A stretch of 64,000 nt of DNA from Candidatus Bathyarchaeia archaeon (GCA_038882975.1 JAVZNE010000001.1:32001-96000), one strand, 5' to 3'. Shown: positions 18,813 through 29,239, counted from the stretch's first letter. The notes: generated from the letters alone by a model not told the origin. Made by a program: numbers and translations.

Positions 18813-19475
18813 CTAAGATGTTTCCGTTGGGGATTTTTCTGGCAGCGGCACTTGCGGGATTCCCGCCGGAAGCTCTGGGAACTTCTCCTTAATTCTCTGC
18901 TCAGCAACAGCGGCAGCCTCTGTGAGTATTTTTTGGGCGTCTTCGTTGGCAGTTTCAAAGTTTATGGATAATCCTGTGCTTTGTCCAGCCTCAACTATTA
19001 TTCCACTTAGAAGGTTGCCTATTTGCCCCAACTCCCTCTCCGCTTCTGGGAAGATGTTAGCCATTCCAGTCTTTACAGCTCTTAGAACGCTTACTGCGGG
19101 GCCAAGGGTTGAAACTACGTCTCCAAGCTCTGATACCGTGCGTAATCTTAAGACTATTTGTTCGAGGGCCAATCTAGCCTGCATAATCATCTTTTCCATT
19201 TTCCTTATCTCAGCCAACTCATTGGCGAAGACGTTTGCCCGTGCCATGTCATGCTTTGTGTAAGCATCAACAATTCTGGCAAATATCGACTTATCTCTCT
19301 GGCTAAACCTTTCACTCGCTTGGTCTAGCTTCTGTATTTGGAGTTCTATGCGGCGGACAGCCATGTCAAGTCTCGGCTTTAATGGACCTGGCGGCCTAAC
19401 AGCCTCTTTAATGCGTTCTGTTAGTGGTTGCTCGTCGCGTCTCTCATCCCATCTTCTACTAAATCTTTCTGACAA
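18813..19475 (-). CDS. ESCRT-III/Snf7 family protein (CdvB1/B2-like, no wH domain)
   Basis: PLKPR..RARxxANELAEIRK..LEQIVLRLRTV..GD, C-terminal KFPELP; TTG at 19475 follows GGAGG. Confidence 0.9.
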   Translation of the reverse strand: MSERFSRRWDERRDEQPLTERIKEAVRPPGPLKPRLDMAVRRIELQIQKLDQASERFSQRDKSIFARIVDAYTKHDMARANVFANELAEIRKMEKMIMQARLALEQIVLRLRTVSELGDVVSTLGPAVSVLRAVKTGMANIFPEAERELGQIGNLLSGIIVEAGQSTGLSINFETANEDAQKILTEAAAVAEQRIKEKFPELPAGIPQVPLPEKSPTETS

Positions 19476-19695
19476 GCTTGATTCCTCCAAGAAGAGGCTT
19501 AAGGGGCTTGGCAAATCTTTATACATTCTTAATATGCCCGCATTATCCACGTATATATGTAGAGCTATATGTGCCGTTTGAAACCTCTTTGAGCTTTAAT
19601 TTTCCAGTGAAAAGAACTCCTTGCTGCTTTTTCAGAAATAGACAAAAAAGTGTAAGTTAGACTAAAAAGAGGCCGATAATTCAATTCTAGGCTAG

Positions 19696-19920
19696 GTGGA
19701 AAAGATGGGCGAAAGATTAAAGGTATTCGTGTTTGTCGCAATCCTCGGATTCTTCGCTGGAATCGTAGCTGAACTAACAATAGAGTACGTTATCCCAGCG
19801 CTTGCAGCTATACTACCAGTTCTATTCAGTAAATACATCCTTGCAGGACTAACAGGTGCCTTCCTAACACTCATAATAGTCAGCGTATGGGCGTACATAA
19901 CAGGACCGAAAGAACCATAG
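19696..19920 (+). CDS. Small two-TM membrane protein
   Basis: 74 aa with two hydrophobic segments; normal coding context. Confidence 0.7.
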   Translation: MEKMGERLKVFVFVAILGFFAGIVAELTIEYVIPALAAILPVLFSKYILAGLTGAFLTLIIVSVWAYITGPKEP

Positions 19921-20105
19921 CCATTCAAAACTTCCGTTCACCTTTTTACTCCTATTCAGCAAATTGTTAGCTGATTGTATAACCTTTCATTTTGGACTCA
20001 GGAGCGGAAAAACCAATCATTAGGCTCATTGTACCTCGATCTCTTCATCGTCCAAAAATAACAAGTGTTAACGAAATTATTTATGTTTTGCAAAACATTG
20101 TAAGT

Positions 20106-20630
20106 GTGGAAGAGGAGAGAAAAACTTTGCAAGGAAGCCGCATCGAAAATTATCGTTTAAGGCTTGAAAACGCTTCGAGTTATGGCGACATTTGGGAGAT
20201 TGTTAAGGACACTGTTGCCTTTTCTCTGAACCAACGGAGGGCTGGAATGATGCTTTTCCTTGACGATTTGCCCATACAGCTAGGCGCCTACCACCCAATT
20301 GGAACAAACAACATCATTTTGAACCGCATTCTCGTTAGGGCTGTTGAAGCATCTACAAATTCGAAGCGTGTTGTAAACGCCTTAATATATAACCTGCTTC
20401 TCCACGAGTACCTCCACGCCTTGGGGCATGTCTCCGAATTGAAGGTTAGACGGTTGGTCTATCAGATTGCAAGGGAGTGCTTCGGCGAAGAGCACATAGC
20501 CACAGCCATAGCGAAAAGCAGTCCATGGGCTTTGCTGAAGAGCATACCCTTAGACAAGGTATTTCACGCCAAGCGGGTCATGGAAATAGTTAAGGACTTT
20601 GAGAAGACAGACCAGAAATACGTAGTTTAG
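20106..20630 (+). CDS. Putative HExxH zinc metallopeptidase (minimal zincin)
   Basis: LGAYH...N.I.LN and LLHEYLHALG..E; GTG at 20106 preferred over 19992. Confidence 0.75.
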   Translation: MEEERKTLQGSRIENYRLRLENASSYGDIWEIVKDTVAFSLNQRRAGMMLFLDDLPIQLGAYHPIGTNNIILNRILVRAVEASTNSKRVVNALIYNLLLHEYLHALGHVSELKVRRLVYQIARECFGEEHIATAIAKSSPWALLKSIPLDKVFHAKRVMEIVKDFEKTDQKYVV

Positions 20631-20647
20631 CAAGGCGGATGCGAAAT

Positions 20648-21463
20648 ATGTGTGGCATATTTGGCTACACACTAAAAAAGCCCATAGAAGTCGCATATGC
20701 CCTAAAGGTTCTCCAGAAGCTTGAAAGGCATCAATACCCAAACGAGCCTAAACAAGTTGGGGGTTATGGTGCTGGAATAGCCATCCTCACGAGTTCTGGA
20801 GCCGTCTTGCTTGAGAAAGTTGGAAGGATCAATGGTTCACCAGCGGAACACTTGGCGGAAACGTGCAAGTTTGAAAAAGCATCGGTCTTGGTTGGACATG
20901 TGCGGCTGCCAAGCCCATGGTTCATGAAAACAGCCCATTTTCGGGAAACAGCCCAGCCATACGTAGTACAATGTTTTTCTGGCTTAACGGTGATTTCAGC
21001 CCATAATGGAAACGTGACAAACTATAAGGCTATTAGGGAAAGGCTCAGTGGAAAACATATCTTCGAGTCTGAAAGGGCTGAGCTCATAGATTCTGAGGTT
21101 ATACCCCACTTGTTTGAAGAACTCCTATTTGAGAAAGGCAGCCCCGAAGAAGCCTTAAACACGCTTTACACAGCCATAGAAGGACCAAACACCGTAAGTC
21201 TCCTACAAATCGAAAAGGGGTGGGTGCTCCTACACTTCCTTCATAAGGGGAAGACGAGAGGTTTAACCATATGGAAAAACGAGAAAGACGAAGTCGTTTT
21301 CTGTTCGAGAAAAGAACCGTTGATGGAAACGCTGGGCTTTTTCCTCGCCAAAGGCAATTTTGCGGAGCATTTGTCCATTCCATACGGTGAAGAGAGAAGC
21401 TTTAAAGCAACCTTCATTTTTAATCTAAACAAAACTATTAGGACGGAGCCGGATACATCTTAG
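20648..21463 (+). CDS. Stand-alone class II glutamine amidotransferase (Ntn hydrolase)
   Basis: N-terminal MCGIFG, GHVR, AHNG, DSE motifs. Confidence 0.85.
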   Translation: MCGIFGYTLKKPIEVAYALKVLQKLERHQYPNEPKQVGGYGAGIAILTSSGAVLLEKVGRINGSPAEHLAETCKFEKASVLVGHVRLPSPWFMKTAHFRETAQPYVVQCFSGLTVISAHNGNVTNYKAIRERLSGKHIFESERAELIDSEVIPHLFEELLFEKGSPEEALNTLYTAIEGPNTVSLLQIEKGWVLLHFLHKGKTRGLTIWKNEKDEVVFCSRKEPLMETLGFFLAKGNFAEHLSIPYGEERSFKATFIFNLNKTIRTEPDTS

Positions 21464-21477
21464 AGAAAATATCACGG

Positions 21478-22020
21478 TTGAGTAAATACTTGCGCCGAGA
21501 CGAGAAGATCTTATGGAGTGGCAAGCCAGAAATTATACCGTTTATATTTTCTGGGTATGCAGGTTTTTCCCTTTTTGGTTTCATCTTGCTTATTTTTATC
21601 CTCATCATGATTATGTCCATGCCTATGACTAGCGCACCACCATTTCCATTCATGTTCTTTACAGCGTTCTTCATAGTACTTGGATTATGCATATCCATAG
21701 GTCCACTAGCAATGGAGCTTTTGAGGTACAGAAACACGGAGTATGCAATCACGAATCAGAGGCTCATAGCGCAAACAGGAGCCATAGGGTTAGATACAAG
21801 ATTTGTTGAATTAGACAAAATTCAAGAAGTCTACGTGACTGTCGGCTTGCTGGATAGGGTTTATGGAACTGGGTCAATTATCGCGGTTACGGCTGGCTAC
21901 GTTCCAGTTGAAACCAGAATCCATCATGGGGTGTTAGTGCGCCCAGCATTTAGGGCTGTAAAAAATCCATACGAGGTTCAGAGGCTTCTCCAAGAAGCCA
22001 TAAAAGGGAAGCAATCCTAA
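21478..22020 (+). CDS. Membrane protein with bacterial PH domain (bPH_2/YdbS-like)
   Basis: EKILWxGKP, two TM helices, YAITNQR..G....LDKIQEV..GLLDR..GxG. Confidence 0.8.
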   Translation: MSKYLRRDEKILWSGKPEIIPFIFSGYAGFSLFGFILLIFILIMIMSMPMTSAPPFPFMFFTAFFIVLGLCISIGPLAMELLRYRNTEYAITNQRLIAQTGAIGLDTRFVELDKIQEVYVTVGLLDRVYGTGSIIAVTAGYVPVETRIHHGVLVRPAFRAVKNPYEVQRLLQEAIKGKQS

Positions 22021-22077
22021 AAGCCTAGCAAAGAATAAGTGATTGAGACGGCCCAAAAATATTGGCGAAACTAAATA

Positions 22078-24990
22078 ATGAGAGAAACTGCTGACTTAGA
22101 TGTTTTCAAACTTCTTGCCAAGCCCATTCAAGAAGGGCTAGTTGAGCTTGGCTTTTCAAAACCAACTTCGCCACAGGTTTTGGCTATTCCCCACATTTTG
22201 GCTGGAGAAAATGTTCTTTTGATTGCGCCTACTGGAAGTGGCAAAACTGAGGCTGTTCTTTTACCAGTTTTCTCAAACTTTATCCAGCATAAAGACGAGA
22301 GGGGCATATCAATTGTTTATGTTACACCTTTGAGGGCTTTAAACCGCGACCTTTTGAAGCGCTTAGCCTTTTGGGCTTTAAGGCTTGGCATAACTGTTGA
22401 GGTTAGGCACGGCGACACAGAATTGAAACTGCGGAGAAAACAAGCAGTTTCGCCTCCCAACATGCTTGTAACAACTCCGGAAACTCTTCAGGCAGTTCTT
22501 CCCGGCGCCCGCATGAAGGAGCACCTAAAGCATGTTAGATGGTTGGTTGTAGACGAGGTGCATGAGCTTGCCTCCAGCAAGCGAGGCGCCCAATTGACAG
22601 TGGCTCTTGAACGCCTATACGAGATAGTCGGCAAAGAGTTTCAGAGGATAGGCTTATCAGCCACCGTTGGAAATCCAGAACAAGTTGCCCAATTCATAGC
22701 TGGAACAAGCAGAGGCATAAGGGTTGTTCAAGCTTCAATTTCTAAGGGCTACAGGTATACTGTTGAATATCCAGCGCCAACAGACGCCGATTACGAGTTG
22801 GCTGGGAGAATTGGCATTTCGCCAGAAGGCGCTGCAAGAATAAGGCGCATAGCCGAGCTTGTGGACAGCCACAAGTCCACCCTCATTTTTGTTAACAGCA
22901 GAACAGTGGCGGAGATGCTTGGTCATCGCTTTACCCAGCTTGGGAGAGGCGACATAGCCGTTCATCATGGCTCTTTATCAAAGGAGGAGCGCATCCAAAT
23001 CGAGGATGACTTTAAGGCTGGAGCCTTGAAGGCTATAATTTGCACCAGCACGTTAGAGCTTGGCATAGACATTGGAAGCGTGGACCTAGTCATCCAATAC
23101 CTCTCGCCGAGGCAAGTTTCCAGCCTAATCCAGAGGGTTGGAAGAAGCGGACACCGCTTGGACATACTTTCAGAAGGCATAATATTAACGGCTTTCCCAG
23201 ACGACTTGATGGAGTCTCTGGCAGCTGTTAGAAACGCCTACAATGGCAGAATTGAGCCCGTTCTTATTCATGAAAACGCCTTGGACGTTCTAGCCCACCA
23301 AGTTGCCGGCATACTCATGGACAAGGAAAACATAACCATAGACGAGCTTTTGGCAATTCTTCGAAGAGTCTACCCCTATAGGCATTTAGCCAAACAAACC
23401 CTTTTAGAAGTGGTACACTTTTTAGCCAACCTCAACCAATTAAAAATCGACGAGGAAGAAAAGATTTTGAGGAAAACAAGGAAAACGAGGAGCTACTACT
23501 ACGAGAACCTTTCAATGATTCCAGATGAGAGACGCTACCCGGTAATAAACGTCCTAACAGACAGACGAATCGGCACACTGGGCGACGAGTTTATGGCTTT
23601 GAAAGCCCGGGTAGGCTTAAACATAATTGTCCGCGGAAAAGTTTGGCGCATAGTCCAGATAGAAGATGAAACCGGCACCGTTTATGTTGTTCCCTCAGAA
23701 GACCCGTTCGCAGCCATCCCGGGATGGGACGGTGAAATGCTACCAGTTCCCTTCAACCTAGCCCAAGAAACTGGGAAACTACGCCAAGAGATTGGTGAAC
23801 TACTGAAGACTTTGGGAAATGCAGATGCTGTAGCAGAAAAGGTTGCGGAAAAATTCAACACAAACCGAGAAGCGTTAAACGAAGCAGTTAAGGAGATTGA
23901 AGAACATGTGGGTCAAGGGGCACCATTGCCAACACACGACTATATTCTCGTCGAGGCTTTTGACAAGTATTTGGTGGTGCATGCATGTTTCGGCGAGATT
24001 GTAAACAGCACCCTTGGAGGCATTTTCGACGCGATCCTTTCCGATAAAGAGCTTATTGTTGGCTGGTGGAATGACGGCTACCGCATCTTAATAGAGGCTC
24101 CGCGAAAAATTTCGCCCCGAGAAGTTGAGAAAATGCCAGAAACGCTTTTCAACTTAAGTGATGAACAAGTTGAAGAAGCCTTCAGAGATTATTTGGAGGC
24201 AAAGTTTCCATACGCCTACAAAATGAAGTTTGTGGCTGAAAGGTTTGGTGCTCTCCCAAGGGGAAAAACTATGGGTCCAAAGAGGCAGAGTCAGCTTCCA
24301 GCCATTTTTAAGGGAACACCTATCTATGACGAGACCTTAAGGGAAGCCATGTTTGAGAAAGCTGACTTGGAAAAAGTTAAGGAGATAATGCGAAACATTA
24401 AAAGTGGAAAAATTAAAGTTAGCACCTTGTATAGAGCTGAAAATCCAACGCCGCTAGCCTATCATATTTTGGCGAAGTATGGCGACATTTCAGAGCTCAT
24501 GGCTCCAGAACGCATCCTACTAAGCAACATTGAAAAAATGAAGAGGGCAATGGATGCGAAAATGGCGACGTTAATGTGCATTGAATGTGCAGAGTGGGCT
24601 TCAGAAAAGAGGATTAAAGAGCTGCCAGAACACCCAAAATGCGAAAAATGTGGTTCAAGGCTCTTGGCACTTCTATACCCGAGCCAAGAGGCAAAATGCC
24701 TCCAAGAAATACTGAGGAAAAGGCGCATGGGCAAAAGCCTAACAGAAGATGAGCTTAAAGAAATAGCTCATGCAAGACGCACAGCCGACCTAATCCTTAG
24801 TTACGGAAGAAAAGCAATAATAGCCCTAAAAGTTAAGGGCGTAGGACCAGAAACAGCCTTCAGAATCCTCGGAAAAATGCATCCCAGCGAAGAGGAATTC
24901 TACATGGACCTTTTAAAGGCGAAAATCCAATACTTGAAGACAAGGGAGTTCTGGGAAGATAAGGAGAGCCGCCTGAAAACTTTCGCCTAG
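22078..24990 (+). CDS. lhr: Lhr-family DEAD/DEAH-box helicase
   Basis: APTGSGKT, PLRAL, DEVH, SAT, HHGSL, LELGID, QRVGRSGH, IPxWxGE; C-terminal CxxC..CxxC. Confidence 0.93.
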   Translation: MRETADLDVFKLLAKPIQEGLVELGFSKPTSPQVLAIPHILAGENVLLIAPTGSGKTEAVLLPVFSNFIQHKDERGISIVYVTPLRALNRDLLKRLAFWALRLGITVEVRHGDTELKLRRKQAVSPPNMLVTTPETLQAVLPGARMKEHLKHVRWLVVDEVHELASSKRGAQLTVALERLYEIVGKEFQRIGLSATVGNPEQVAQFIAGTSRGIRVVQASISKGYRYTVEYPAPTDADYELAGRIGISPEGAARIRRIAELVDSHKSTLIFVNSRTVAEMLGHRFTQLGRGDIAVHHGSLSKEERIQIEDDFKAGALKAIICTSTLELGIDIGSVDLVIQYLSPRQVSSLIQRVGRSGHRLDILSEGIILTAFPDDLMESLAAVRNAYNGRIEPVLIHENALDVLAHQVAGILMDKENITIDELLAILRRVYPYRHLAKQTLLEVVHFLANLNQLKIDEEEKILRKTRKTRSYYYENLSMIPDERRYPVINVLTDRRIGTLGDEFMALKARVGLNIIVRGKVWRIVQIEDETGTVYVVPSEDPFAAIPGWDGEMLPVPFNLAQETGKLRQEIGELLKTLGNADAVAEKVAEKFNTNREALNEAVKEIEEHVGQGAPLPTHDYILVEAFDKYLVVHACFGEIVNSTLGGIFDAILSDKELIVGWWNDGYRILIEAPRKISPREVEKMPETLFNLSDEQVEEAFRDYLEAKFPYAYKMKFVAERFGALPRGKTMGPKRQSQLPAIFKGTPIYDETLREAMFEKADLEKVKEIMRNIKSGKIKVSTLYRAENPTPLAYHILAKYGDISELMAPERILLSNIEKMKRAMDAKMATLMCIECAEWASEKRIKELPEHPKCEKCGSRLLALLYPSQEAKCLQEILRKRRMGKSLTEDELKEIAHARRTADLILSYGRKAIIALKVKGVGPETAFRILGKMHPSEEEFYMDLLKAKIQYLKTREFWEDKESRLKTFA

Positions 24991-25011
24991 AAGCTAGCTG
25001 GTGCGGAAAGT

Positions 25012-26286
25012 TTGGCTGAAATCAACTCTCGTGGTGAGCTTAAGCCCACTTTAGGATTGCTTGACGCAACAGCCATAAGTATAGGCGCAATAGTTGGCGC
25101 AGGCATATATGTTGTGACCGGCATAGCCGCTGGCTCCGCCGGTCCAGCCTTAATTGTTTCTATGGTTTTGGCTGCAGCCATATCCATGCTTACGGCTATG
25201 AGTTTTGCCGAATTAACCGCTTGGAAGCCTATAGAGGGAAGCATTTACGAGTATGCTTATCAGCTGATTTCGCCTTTTGCTGGCTTCTTAACTGGCTGGA
25301 TGTGGGTTATCTCCAACACCTTTGCCGGTGCAGCCGTCTCTCTTGGATTTGCAAACTATTTATGCGCCCTTTTCCCATCGCTACCGTCAAACATTGTGGC
25401 AGCTGTTTTCTGCTTCCTCTTTACGATGCTTAACTATTTTGGAATACGCCAATCAGCGCTCTTAAACAATATTCTTGTGGCAGCTAAACTTTCCATTTTG
25501 GGATTCTTCACGATTTACGGGTTCTTCCACGTTAACCCCTCAAATTTTGCCTCCTTTAATCCTTTTCAAGTTGGAGTTTTGTCCGGCGCATTTTACATTT
25601 TCTTTGCTTATGGAGGGTTTGCAAGAGTTGCCGTAGTAGCGGAAGAGGTTAAGGACGCTAGGAAAAATGTGCCTAGGGCTATAATGCTTTCTCTGGCAAT
25701 ATCAACAGTGGTTTACATTTTAGTGGGTTTTGTGGCTGTTGGACTTGTGGAAGCCTCAAGGCTTGCTGGTTCAAACTCGCCCCTTGCAGAGGCTATAAGC
25801 GTTACCGGAAACAGCCTCGCGGTCTACATAGTTTCAGCTGGCGGTTTAATTGCAACAGCAAGCGTTTTGCTAACAGCCGTTTTGGGGGTTTCCCGCATGG
25901 CATATGCCATGGCAAGAAGAAAAGATTTACCCCAAGCCCTAAGCAGGCTCCATCCAAAATATAACACGCCGTATCTCTCCATATGGATTGTGGGCGCCAC
26001 CATGATGCTGCTTGTTCTCTTCGTGGACATAGCGCGAGTTGTAGCCATAAGCAATTTTGCACTGCTTTTCTATTATATGCTGGCTAACGTTTCAGCATTA
26101 AGGCTAAAAATGCATAATAGAATGCACCCAAAAATTGTGCCATTCTTAGGGGCAATATCATGCATAGCTCTTTTAATTTTTACGCTTTTCGTTTTGCCCC
26201 AAGCATGGATTTTGGGTGCTGCAACACTGGCTGCGGGTGTCGTCTACTTCTGGCTTAAAAGGCTTAAAGGGCATGGCGGTTCATGA
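25012..26286 (+). CDS. APC-family amino acid permease
   Basis: GAIVGAGI, FAEL, FFAYGG, EEVKD..NVPRA, SR..YAMAR, TP motifs; ~12 TM. Confidence 0.92.
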   Translation: MAEINSRGELKPTLGLLDATAISIGAIVGAGIYVVTGIAAGSAGPALIVSMVLAAAISMLTAMSFAELTAWKPIEGSIYEYAYQLISPFAGFLTGWMWVISNTFAGAAVSLGFANYLCALFPSLPSNIVAAVFCFLFTMLNYFGIRQSALLNNILVAAKLSILGFFTIYGFFHVNPSNFASFNPFQVGVLSGAFYIFFAYGGFARVAVVAEEVKDARKNVPRAIMLSLAISTVVYILVGFVAVGLVEASRLAGSNSPLAEAISVTGNSLAVYIVSAGGLIATASVLLTAVLGVSRMAYAMARRKDLPQALSRLHPKYNTPYLSIWIVGATMMLLVLFVDIARVVAISNFALLFYYMLANVSALRLKMHNRMHPKIVPFLGAISCIALLIFTLFVLPQAWILGAATLAAGVVYFWLKRLKGHGGS

Positions 26287-26787
26287 AAACCATGGATTCG
26301 GAAAAATTTTGATGGGTTTTCCCGTTTCTCGCTTGTATTCGCCAGCATAATACCCTTTTACAATTTCTTTAAGGGCGTTGGGCTTCAACAAAACATCGCC
26401 GTCCATTACGATTATTGCTTCTCCAAAAGCCCTACCTACCCCCATTCTAAGGACCTCAGCCCTCCCTATTGGAGCGCTGTTTCTGACGATTCGTCCTTTG
26501 ATGTTTGGCCATCTTTTTCGACATTTTTGGATTGTTACCCATGCAGCTTCATACGTATAGTCATTACTTCCGTCATCAACAATTAAGATTTCACAAAAGT
26601 TTGGGTACTGCGCTCCGCTTTCGAAGAGACTATTTATGCATTTCGAAATTTGTCTTTCTCTGTTATAAGCTGGAACGATTATGGAGACGGATGGATAATG
26701 TATCCTTTTGTACGGCAAACCGTTCTCGCGTAGTTTCCTTTTCATTAGAATTGCCGGCCCTCTCCTCTCCCAGCTTCTACTAGCCAC
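26281..26787 (-). CDS. Short or truncated family-2 glycosyltransferase (N-terminal Rossmann half only)
   Basis: VSIIVPAYNR, IVDDGSND, MDGD; ends shortly after the DxD motif. Confidence 0.65.
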   Translation of the reverse strand: MASRSWERRGPAILMKRKLRENGLPYKRIHYPSVSIIVPAYNRERQISKCINSLFESGAQYPNFCEILIVDDGSNDYTYEAAWVTIQKCRKRWPNIKGRIVRNSAPIGRAEVLRMGVGRAFGEAIIVMDGDVLLKPNALKEIVKGYYAGEYKRETGKPIKIFPNPWFS

Positions 26788-26925
26788 TTTTCAAGATAAA
26801 GCAGGTATTCCCCTCGTGAAATATATCGAAAAGCTATAGTCCAAAAAGCTGTATTGCAAATTGTATTAAAGGTTAACAAGACATAAATATTCAACGTTTA
26901 ACGTTTCTGATTCCGAGGAAGAGTC

Positions 26926-27759
26926 ATGGAAGAAGACTTATCACGTTACTACACACTCTTAAAAGACCCGGCGAGACGAAAAATGATTGAGATTTTGGGT
27001 ACTCAGGAGAAGGTTGGTTTTAAGGAGCTCCGTGAAACTTTAGGCTTAGGCGTCGGCACTGTTTACTATCATCTCGACATGCTCTCAGACTTTATTGAAC
27101 AAGACAAACACCGCAAGTACAAGCTGAACGAAAAGGGACAAATACTCTACAGAGTCCTAAAAGAGGGAAGCGTACCAGCAAGCCTCGGAATAAGCGAAAC
27201 CCTAAGCAACCGCGCGGCAAAGTGGCTATTTCTCTCACCACTCTTCGCCCAAACAATAAAACCTTTGAGGCTGCTACCACTTTCCTTAATAATCCTCTTT
27301 TTGGGAGCTATTGGAGCATCCACGGCAAGACTTGAACCAGCCCTATTCTTTTATTTCGAATATTCCACCCGTAGCTCAACCAGCACCATAGCACTGTTTA
27401 TATTCAACTGGATAGGGCTGTTTCTATTCACAGAAGCCTTAGCCATCGCATTTTTCAAACGCACGGGAAACGAGCTCCAACTCTTCACATGCATTGGGTT
27501 AGCAGCCCTTCCATTAGCGGTTTTTCCATACATATACATGGCAGTTCCAAAAGCCCTGAGCGGATTCAACCTATATTTCGTAGAGATTGAAATGATAAGA
27601 CAAGTCATACTAATTGTTCTGCAAATTTGGAGCTTGCTACTTGTTTCTGCGGCAGTATGCCATGGCAAAGGCTTAAGGCTGGACAAAGGCATAATCATAA
27701 GCCTAACAGCCATATACCTAAACATAGCCGTCCTCTTCATACTTGGACGTTTCATGTAA
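26926..27759 (+). CDS. Membrane-tethered ArsR-type wHTH regulator (N-terminal wHTH + ~5 TM)
   Basis: LKDPxRRxxIExL..GFKEL...GTVYYHL..Y.LNEKG followed by hydrophobic helices. Confidence 0.8.
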   Translation: MEEDLSRYYTLLKDPARRKMIEILGTQEKVGFKELRETLGLGVGTVYYHLDMLSDFIEQDKHRKYKLNEKGQILYRVLKEGSVPASLGISETLSNRAAKWLFLSPLFAQTIKPLRLLPLSLIILFLGAIGASTARLEPALFFYFEYSTRSSTSTIALFIFNWIGLFLFTEALAIAFFKRTGNELQLFTCIGLAALPLAVFPYIYMAVPKALSGFNLYFVEIEMIRQVILIVLQIWSLLLVSAAVCHGKGLRLDKGIIISLTAIYLNIAVLFILGRFM

Positions 27760-27783
27760 AAGTTCGAGGTTTCTAGAACTTTT
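27758..27783. promoter_or_regulatory. Dyad, candidate operator
   Basis: AAAAGTTC-N10-GAACTTTT perfect inverted repeat upstream of the 27860 gene. Confidence 0.35.
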
Positions 27784-27859
27784 GATGGGTGAAGTTCGGG
27801 TTTTTTGGAAGCGTTTTTCTTAATAAGCCGTTTTACATAGTCTTTTTCGGTGAAAAAAC

Positions 27860-29236
27860 ATGAAAAACGTGAGAAAAACAATATTGGCTTTGAGTTTAGC
27901 CTTGCTTCTGGCTGCACCAGCATTTGCGGTTTTGAGCCCGAGGGTGAATGCCGACGACTCCGTTGAGAACATTCAAAAATTACATGTGGAACCGCCATAT
28001 ATCTGGAATAATACGTGGTATAGGTTCAACAGCTCTCTAGTAACGCTGATTTTTCCAGCAAACGGCACAAAGCCCATGTTCTTGTGGTGGTACACCAACG
28101 ACAGCAGCAATATATATGTGGTGAAGTTTCAAGGCGTCATCGAGTACTTAATGCTTGAGCTTGACAAGCCTTATTATAGGCATAGGTTCCACGCAGACAA
28201 CGCCACCATAAACGCAACGCTGTGGGATAGTTATGTCGGACCAGAACTGTACCAAAGAAGAAATCGGTTTGACCCTAGATGGTATGAAAGCAGAGTTGCC
28301 GAATTCAAGGAACTTTTGCAAAATTTGCATAGGGCTTACTTGCCTTTCAGTGCCTGCAACTGGACGTTAAGCGGACCTGTGTTTGTTGAGGACAAAGACT
28401 ATTGGTCCTTCAACTTCACACTAACCGAAGTTCATGGTCATCCAAGATTTAAGGAATTCGCGGAAAAAAGTATCGAGATACGGTGCAGATTCTATAACAA
28501 GACAGTTACGGAAATTCCAGACAAGACTTATAGTGATTACAATTATACTGTTGCTGCTGGTCAGCTGAAATTTGACTTTGTTGTTAAGCATTGGGAGTGG
28601 AACATAGACAAAATCAACAAGTTTCTAAAAGAACATGGCATCCCGACAATACCAGAAAACAAAACTGGATTAGCTCTATGGATTAAGATGGCTTCAATAG
28701 AACTTGAAGATTTACCGAATGTTGGCGAAGAGGTTCAGAACCGAGCAGAAAATCAAGTTGAGGCTTGTTCTCGGATGCGGGAAACATCGATAAACGGAGA
28801 ACGCTATGCCGTAGACAAGAATGAAACAAGCCAAGATGAGAAGCCCGTGCGGGCTACGCTTCAGCTTAGGGAGAGATTCAGGGAGCGCATTAGGCTGCAC
28901 TATGCTATTGGAAAGACAGACGTGCCAGTGGGCTTCTTGGAGTTTGTTCCATGGGCTAGGCTGCTTAACGAAACCGGCACCGTTGAATTCGTGAATGTTA
29001 CCGCCTCTTATGTTGCTGCCGGCGGTCACTTGAGACTTTTCATTTGTTACCCATACTTTGGCAATTACACGCTGGAGCATGATCCAAAAATAGGTTTAAC
29101 ATCAGCTCCGCTGATTCCTGAGCTTATAAATCAGAAAGTTCTACTGGTTTTGCTTGGCGCCACCGCTGTCATAGTCTTGGTTGTTGCTGCTATAAAAGCC
29201 CGGAAGAAGCCCATCAACATATTAGCTGTTAAATAA
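27860..29236 (+). CDS. Exported, C-terminally membrane-anchored glycoprotein
   Basis: N-terminal signal peptide, many NxS/T sequons, HDP motif, IPEL + TM + basic tail. Confidence 0.8.
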   Translation: MKNVRKTILALSLALLLAAPAFAVLSPRVNADDSVENIQKLHVEPPYIWNNTWYRFNSSLVTLIFPANGTKPMFLWWYTNDSSNIYVVKFQGVIEYLMLELDKPYYRHRFHADNATINATLWDSYVGPELYQRRNRFDPRWYESRVAEFKELLQNLHRAYLPFSACNWTLSGPVFVEDKDYWSFNFTLTEVHGHPRFKEFAEKSIEIRCRFYNKTVTEIPDKTYSDYNYTVAAGQLKFDFVVKHWEWNIDKINKFLKEHGIPTIPENKTGLALWIKMASIELEDLPNVGEEVQNRAENQVEACSRMRETSINGERYAVDKNETSQDEKPVRATLQLRERFRERIRLHYAIGKTDVPVGFLEFVPWARLLNETGTVEFVNVTASYVAAGGHLRLFICYPYFGNYTLEHDPKIGLTSAPLIPELINQKVLLVLLGATAVIVLVVAAIKARKKPINILAVK

Positions 29237-29239
29237 AAT

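Noticed and set aside
27351-27998. 215-aa minus-strand ORF, plus other long antisense ORFs (e.g. 55448-56092, 52559-53098, 57863-58351)
   Set aside because: Shadow frames opposite well-supported genes, with no protein motifs
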